A DNA stretch of 7,318 nt from a virus: IMG/VR virus record IMGVR_UViG_3300008807_000654, positions 1 through 7,318 of that record, one strand, 5' to 3'. Each line of letters opens with the position of its first letter. Position 1 is the stretch's first letter. The notes beneath the pieces were generated by a model that saw nothing but the letters and a program-made list of their open reading frames with translations, was not told where the DNA came from and did not search any database. The position numbers were made by a program, and so were the translations under genes. Shown in pieces: positions 5,167-7,318 of this stretch.

Positions 5167-5310
5167 ATGGAGCGAAGCCTGCGCCGCCGCGCGTCCGACT
5201 GGAAAGAGCGGATCGTCATGTTCGACAACTACGACTCCGCCGTGCGCGCTGCCCAGGCTGCCAAGGCTCGTGGCTGGTGCCCGGGCATCGTTCGGAGGAT
5301 GGCGCGTTGA
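5167..5310 (+). CDS. Small leader ORF upstream of Rep, 47 aa from ATG 5167 or 30 aa from ATG 5218 (hypothetical)
   Basis: Between about 5167 and 5310, GC-rich third positions follow this frame rather than the Rep frame. Its stop codon TGA (5308-5310) overlaps the TTG at 5307 that I propose as the Rep start. The start codon is uncertain and the Shine-Dalgarno is weak. Confidence 0.35.
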   Translation: MERSLRRRASDWKERIVMFDNYDSAVRAAQAAKARGWCPGIVRRMAR

Positions 5311-6509
5311 CCAGGCCAAACGCGCTCGTGCTCGACGGCGAGCAGATCAAGGTCCGGCTGCTTGCCGAGCGCACGCATTCGCTGACGCCCGTGCATGTCG
5401 ATTGGCTGCGCTTCACGTGCCAACGTCGCCTCACCGCTGCGCCATCGGCCGATCTGCTGTTCGGCCCGGAGCCCTTCAACATCCATGAGGCCAAGGCACA
5501 TCGCGTGCACAAGGCGCTTGCCGAGCTTGAGGACTGCGAGCACTGGGTCGGCGCCGAGGCGCTGCAGCTTGCGCAGGAGGTATGCGAGGCCCTCGGCGAA
5601 GAGTTCAGCGTCACGCCTGAGGTCCGCAAGGGCCACGACTTCTATCGCTTCCGCTGGAGCATTGAGCGTAATGGCGTTGAGTGCGGATGGGTCGGCTTCC
5701 TGGCCAGCGGCAGCAGCCCGCGCCAGCACGCGCAATCGCGAACCCTGCACACCAACCTCTACGGCGCGGCGTGCACCTTCGCTGCTCGCGGCTGGATGGA
5801 GCGCATGGCGCTTCTCATCGCTGGTCGTGATGCCGAAATCACCCGCGCTGATCTGGCGCTTGATTTTTTCGACGGCATGCCTGGCGGCATGGAAGGCGTT
5901 CAGGCCGATTACATGGCCGGCGTCATGGACGTTGCTGGCAAGCGGCCCAAGTGCTCGATGGTGGGCGACTGGTGTAACGGCGCCGAGCGCTCGTTCTACA
6001 TCGGCTCGAAGCAGGGCGGCAAGCAGACCAACGTCTACGAAAAGGGCCACCAGCTATTCGGCGTGCAGAGCGCCAGCCCTTGGACGCGCATTGAGCTTCG
6101 CTATGGGAACAAGCTGCGCGTCCTGCCCGTCGACCTCCTGCGCCGGCCCGCTGACTTCTTCGCAGGCGCCAGCGACTGGCACGCCCGCATGCTCGCGCTC
6201 GCCGATGCCGTTGTGCAACCCGAGCCCATTAAGACCACGCCGCGCCTCGCCATTCAGACCGTAGAGGCCGAGGTCACGCGCAACGTGCGCTGGCTGCGCG
6301 ATACGGCCTTTGCCACGGTCGCTGCTGCGTTCCGCTACCTCGATGGCACCACGTTAGCGGACCTCTGCGGCGGCGAGCACCTTCCCGGCCGCCTCAAGCG
6401 CTTCAACCACGCTGAGCTAGTGCGTGGGTTCGCCTCGGTCGCCGATCGCTTTCTCCAACCCGCTGCCGCTGGCCACGGCGTGGACGGGTTCCAACCCTTG
6501 GCCGCATAG
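5307..6509 (+). CDS. Rolling-circle replication initiation protein, Rep_trans / RstA-like family (pII analogue). 400 aa from TTG 5307. The track's maximal ORF starts at GTG 5163.
   Basis: Family motifs recognised by eye are ITRADLALDFFDG, SFYIGSKQGGKQTNVYEKGHQ and WTRIELRYGN. GGAGGA (5294-5299) lies 7 nt before TTG 5307. Codons 5163-5306 in this frame have many A/T third positions and encode an Arg-rich stretch. Confidence 0.88.
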   Translation: MTRPNALVLDGEQIKVRLLAERTHSLTPVHVDWLRFTCQRRLTAAPSADLLFGPEPFNIHEAKAHRVHKALAELEDCEHWVGAEALQLAQEVCEALGEEFSVTPEVRKGHDFYRFRWSIERNGVECGWVGFLASGSSPRQHAQSRTLHTNLYGAACTFAARGWMERMALLIAGRDAEITRADLALDFFDGMPGGMEGVQADYMAGVMDVAGKRPKCSMVGDWCNGAERSFYIGSKQGGKQTNVYEKGHQLFGVQSASPWTRIELRYGNKLRVLPVDLLRRPADFFAGASDWHARMLALADAVVQPEPIKTTPRLAIQTVEAEVTRNVRWLRDTAFATVAAAFRYLDGTTLADLCGGEHLPGRLKRFNHAELVRGFASVADRFLQPAAAGHGVDGFQPLAA

Positions 6510-6518
6510 GAAACCAGC

Positions 6519-6869
6519 ATGCAAATGCAATCCGAAGTCTTGGTGCACGGCATCAAGGAAAGCACCGGCACTTTCGAGGGCCGCGCGTTCTCGTCGACCG
6601 TCTTCCACTGCGAAGTGGATATGAAGGAAAACGGCGCCGGCCGCGCGCTCGGCCACGTGACGCGGCCCTTCAAGCTCGGCGATCACAAAGAGTTCGACAA
6701 GTGGGCGCACCTGGGTGCGATCCTGAACAACGGCCCGATCCGCGCCATGGCGACGTTCGAGGTCGAGGCGACCCGCGAAGACGGCACGCGCATCACGCTG
6801 GTGGCCATTCGGCCCGTCGATGCCAAGTACGCGCCGCCAGCCGCTCCCAAGGTCCCGCAGGCGGTCTAA
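6519..6869 (+). CDS. Putative ssDNA-binding protein (gVp analogue), 116 aa
   Basis: It lies immediately downstream of Rep, the canonical gV position. AGGAAA lies upstream of the ATG. The N-terminal pattern IKESTGTFEGRAFSSTVFHCEVD resembles, from memory, the beta-rich N-termini of Pf3-type ssDNA-binding proteins. No search was run. Confidence 0.55.
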   Translation: MQMQSEVLVHGIKESTGTFEGRAFSSTVFHCEVDMKENGAGRALGHVTRPFKLGDHKEFDKWAHLGAILNNGPIRAMATFEVEATREDGTRITLVAIRPVDAKYAPPAAPKVPQAV

Positions 6870-7103
6870 ATGCGCTTCCTCGTGCAGTCCCTCGAAACCG
6901 GGCGCTTCTTGTGCCCGTCGCTCGCCGATGGGTCTCCGGAGTGGGTTCGCTCGCTTCGTGAGGCCGGTGGCGGCGTGATCGGGGACTACGAAGAGGCGGT
7001 GTCGATGGCGGTCGAGTACGCCGAGCACGGTGAGGAAGTCACCGTGGTGGACTTGGATCGCCTCGGTACCGAAAACGACTATGGAGTGGCCAATGCAGGC
7101 TAA
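6870..7103 (+). CDS. Strongly acidic 77-aa hypothetical protein with no transmembrane segment
   Basis: Its ATG directly abuts the upstream stop codon (TAAATG). Third positions are GC-rich. It has 15 Asp/Glu against 5 Arg. Its stop codon overlaps the next ORF's start region. Confidence 0.6.
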   Translation: MRFLVQSLETGRFLCPSLADGSPEWVRSLREAGGGVIGDYEEAVSMAVEYAEHGEEVTVVDLDRLGTENDYGVANAG

Positions 7104-7318
7104 CGATTTTCTGCTCGGCGGCGCGTTCGCGTCGCTGGTGTGGTCCGCGCTGATGTTCGCGCGGGATGTGACGGACGAGCACGCCGAGCGGCACCGTCGC
7201 ATCGTCATGGCCAGGCGCCGCGCAGCCGCGGCGGTGCGTACGGAGCGAAGCGACGGACGTGCCGCCGAGGGTGCGCAAGCACCTGCCCTCCCCGATGGTA
7301 ATCACGGGGAGAACCTCA
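7093..7318 (+). CDS. 5' portion of the wrap-around 93-aa ORF with an N-terminal transmembrane helix and an Arg-rich middle. It continues at 100..155 after circular closure and is partial at the window end.
   Basis: GGAG (7083-7086) lies 6 nt before ATG 7093, which overlaps the end of the previous ORF. The N-terminus is hydrophobic (FLLGGAFASLVWSALMF). It occupies the g7p/g9p position just upstream of the coat gene on the circle. Confidence 0.5.
   Translation, partial: MQANDFLLGGAFASLVWSALMFARDVTDEHAERHRRIVMARRRAAAAVRTERSDGRAAEGAQAPALPDGNHGENL
7220..7318. repeat. Right copy of the exact 99-nt direct terminal repeat
   Basis: Identical to 1..99. The repeat lies inside an ORF that reads continuously across the junction. 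Confidence 0.97.

Larger units (their letters stand above)
1..7318 (+). mobile_element. Complete filamentous-phage (inovirus-like) genome. Unit is 1..7219, and 7220..7318 re-reads the first 99 nt.
   Basis: The gene content and order match an inovirus: Rep, ssDNA-binding candidate, small ORFs, major coat, g3p-like, g6p-like, Zot/pI. There is an exact 99-nt terminal overlap. Gene packing is tight, with overlapping start and stop codons. Confidence 0.9.

Noticed and set aside
4965-5228. 87-aa minus-strand ORF in the Rep leader region
   Set aside because: It shares third-codon positions with the + strand frame starting at 5020, so GC3 cannot discriminate between them. However, it starts at a TTG without a Shine-Dalgarno, it would be transcribed into the operator region, and it encodes Arg/Ala/Gly-rich sequence.
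5229-6050. 273-aa minus-strand ORF (with 5216..5629 minus and 5395..6264 plus) inside the Rep gene
   Set aside because: Rep carries the family motifs in its own frame. These alternative frames give Ala/Arg/Ser-rich nonsense with no start signals.
6417-7208. 263-aa minus-strand ORF spanning the antisense of the Rep 3' end, the ssDNA-binding gene and two small ORFs
   Set aside because: It crosses three well-delimited + strand genes that have coupled start and stop codons. Its composition is Arg/His/Asp-rich and motif-free, so I treat it as a high-GC shadow ORF.
1-7318. A XerCD dif-like attP site, as used by CTXphi-type and phiRSS-type phages
   Set aside because: Scanning by eye found no CATAA/TTATG-type dif core in either orientation. 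Only a proper pattern or HMM search with the host dif sequence would settle this.

Overview
The window is one complete, circularly closed genome of a high-GC filamentous ssDNA phage (Inoviridae-like), either an episome/replicative form or an assembled circular contig. Bases 1-99 are repeated exactly at 7220-7318, so the unit length is 7219 bp. All genes but one lie on the + strand, in the classical inovirus order. The replication module is a Rep_trans/RstA-like initiator (about 5307-6509) and a gV-like ssDNA-binding candidate (6519-6869). Two small ORFs follow (6870-7103, and 7093 wrapping to 155). The structural and assembly module is the major coat protein (237-446), a 106-aa membrane protein (446-766), a 23-aa hydrophobic peptide absent from the ORF track (763-834), a g3p-like adsorption protein (810-2144), a g6p/DUF2523-like protein (2146-2421) and the Zot/pI assembly ATPase (2421-3506). 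No secretin gene is present. After Zot comes about 350 nt of non-coding DNA that begins with a long imperfect hairpin. The lysogeny module follows: a 64-aa arginine-rich tail-anchored protein (3857-4051), a small Hin/resolvase-family serine recombinase (4058-4609), and a minus-strand HTH repressor candidate (4518-4865). The 3' end of the repressor gene overlaps the recombinase gene convergently by 92 bp. The repressor/Rep divergent intergenic region carries CTACA-N3-TGTAG palindromes that look like operators. I found no RNA genes, CRISPR arrays or IS elements. The long antisense ORFs in the track are high-GC shadow frames. Host assignment (Ralstonia/Burkholderia-like or Xanthomonas-like) is only a guess from GC content and gene content. 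All similarity statements come from motif recognition by eye, not from searches.
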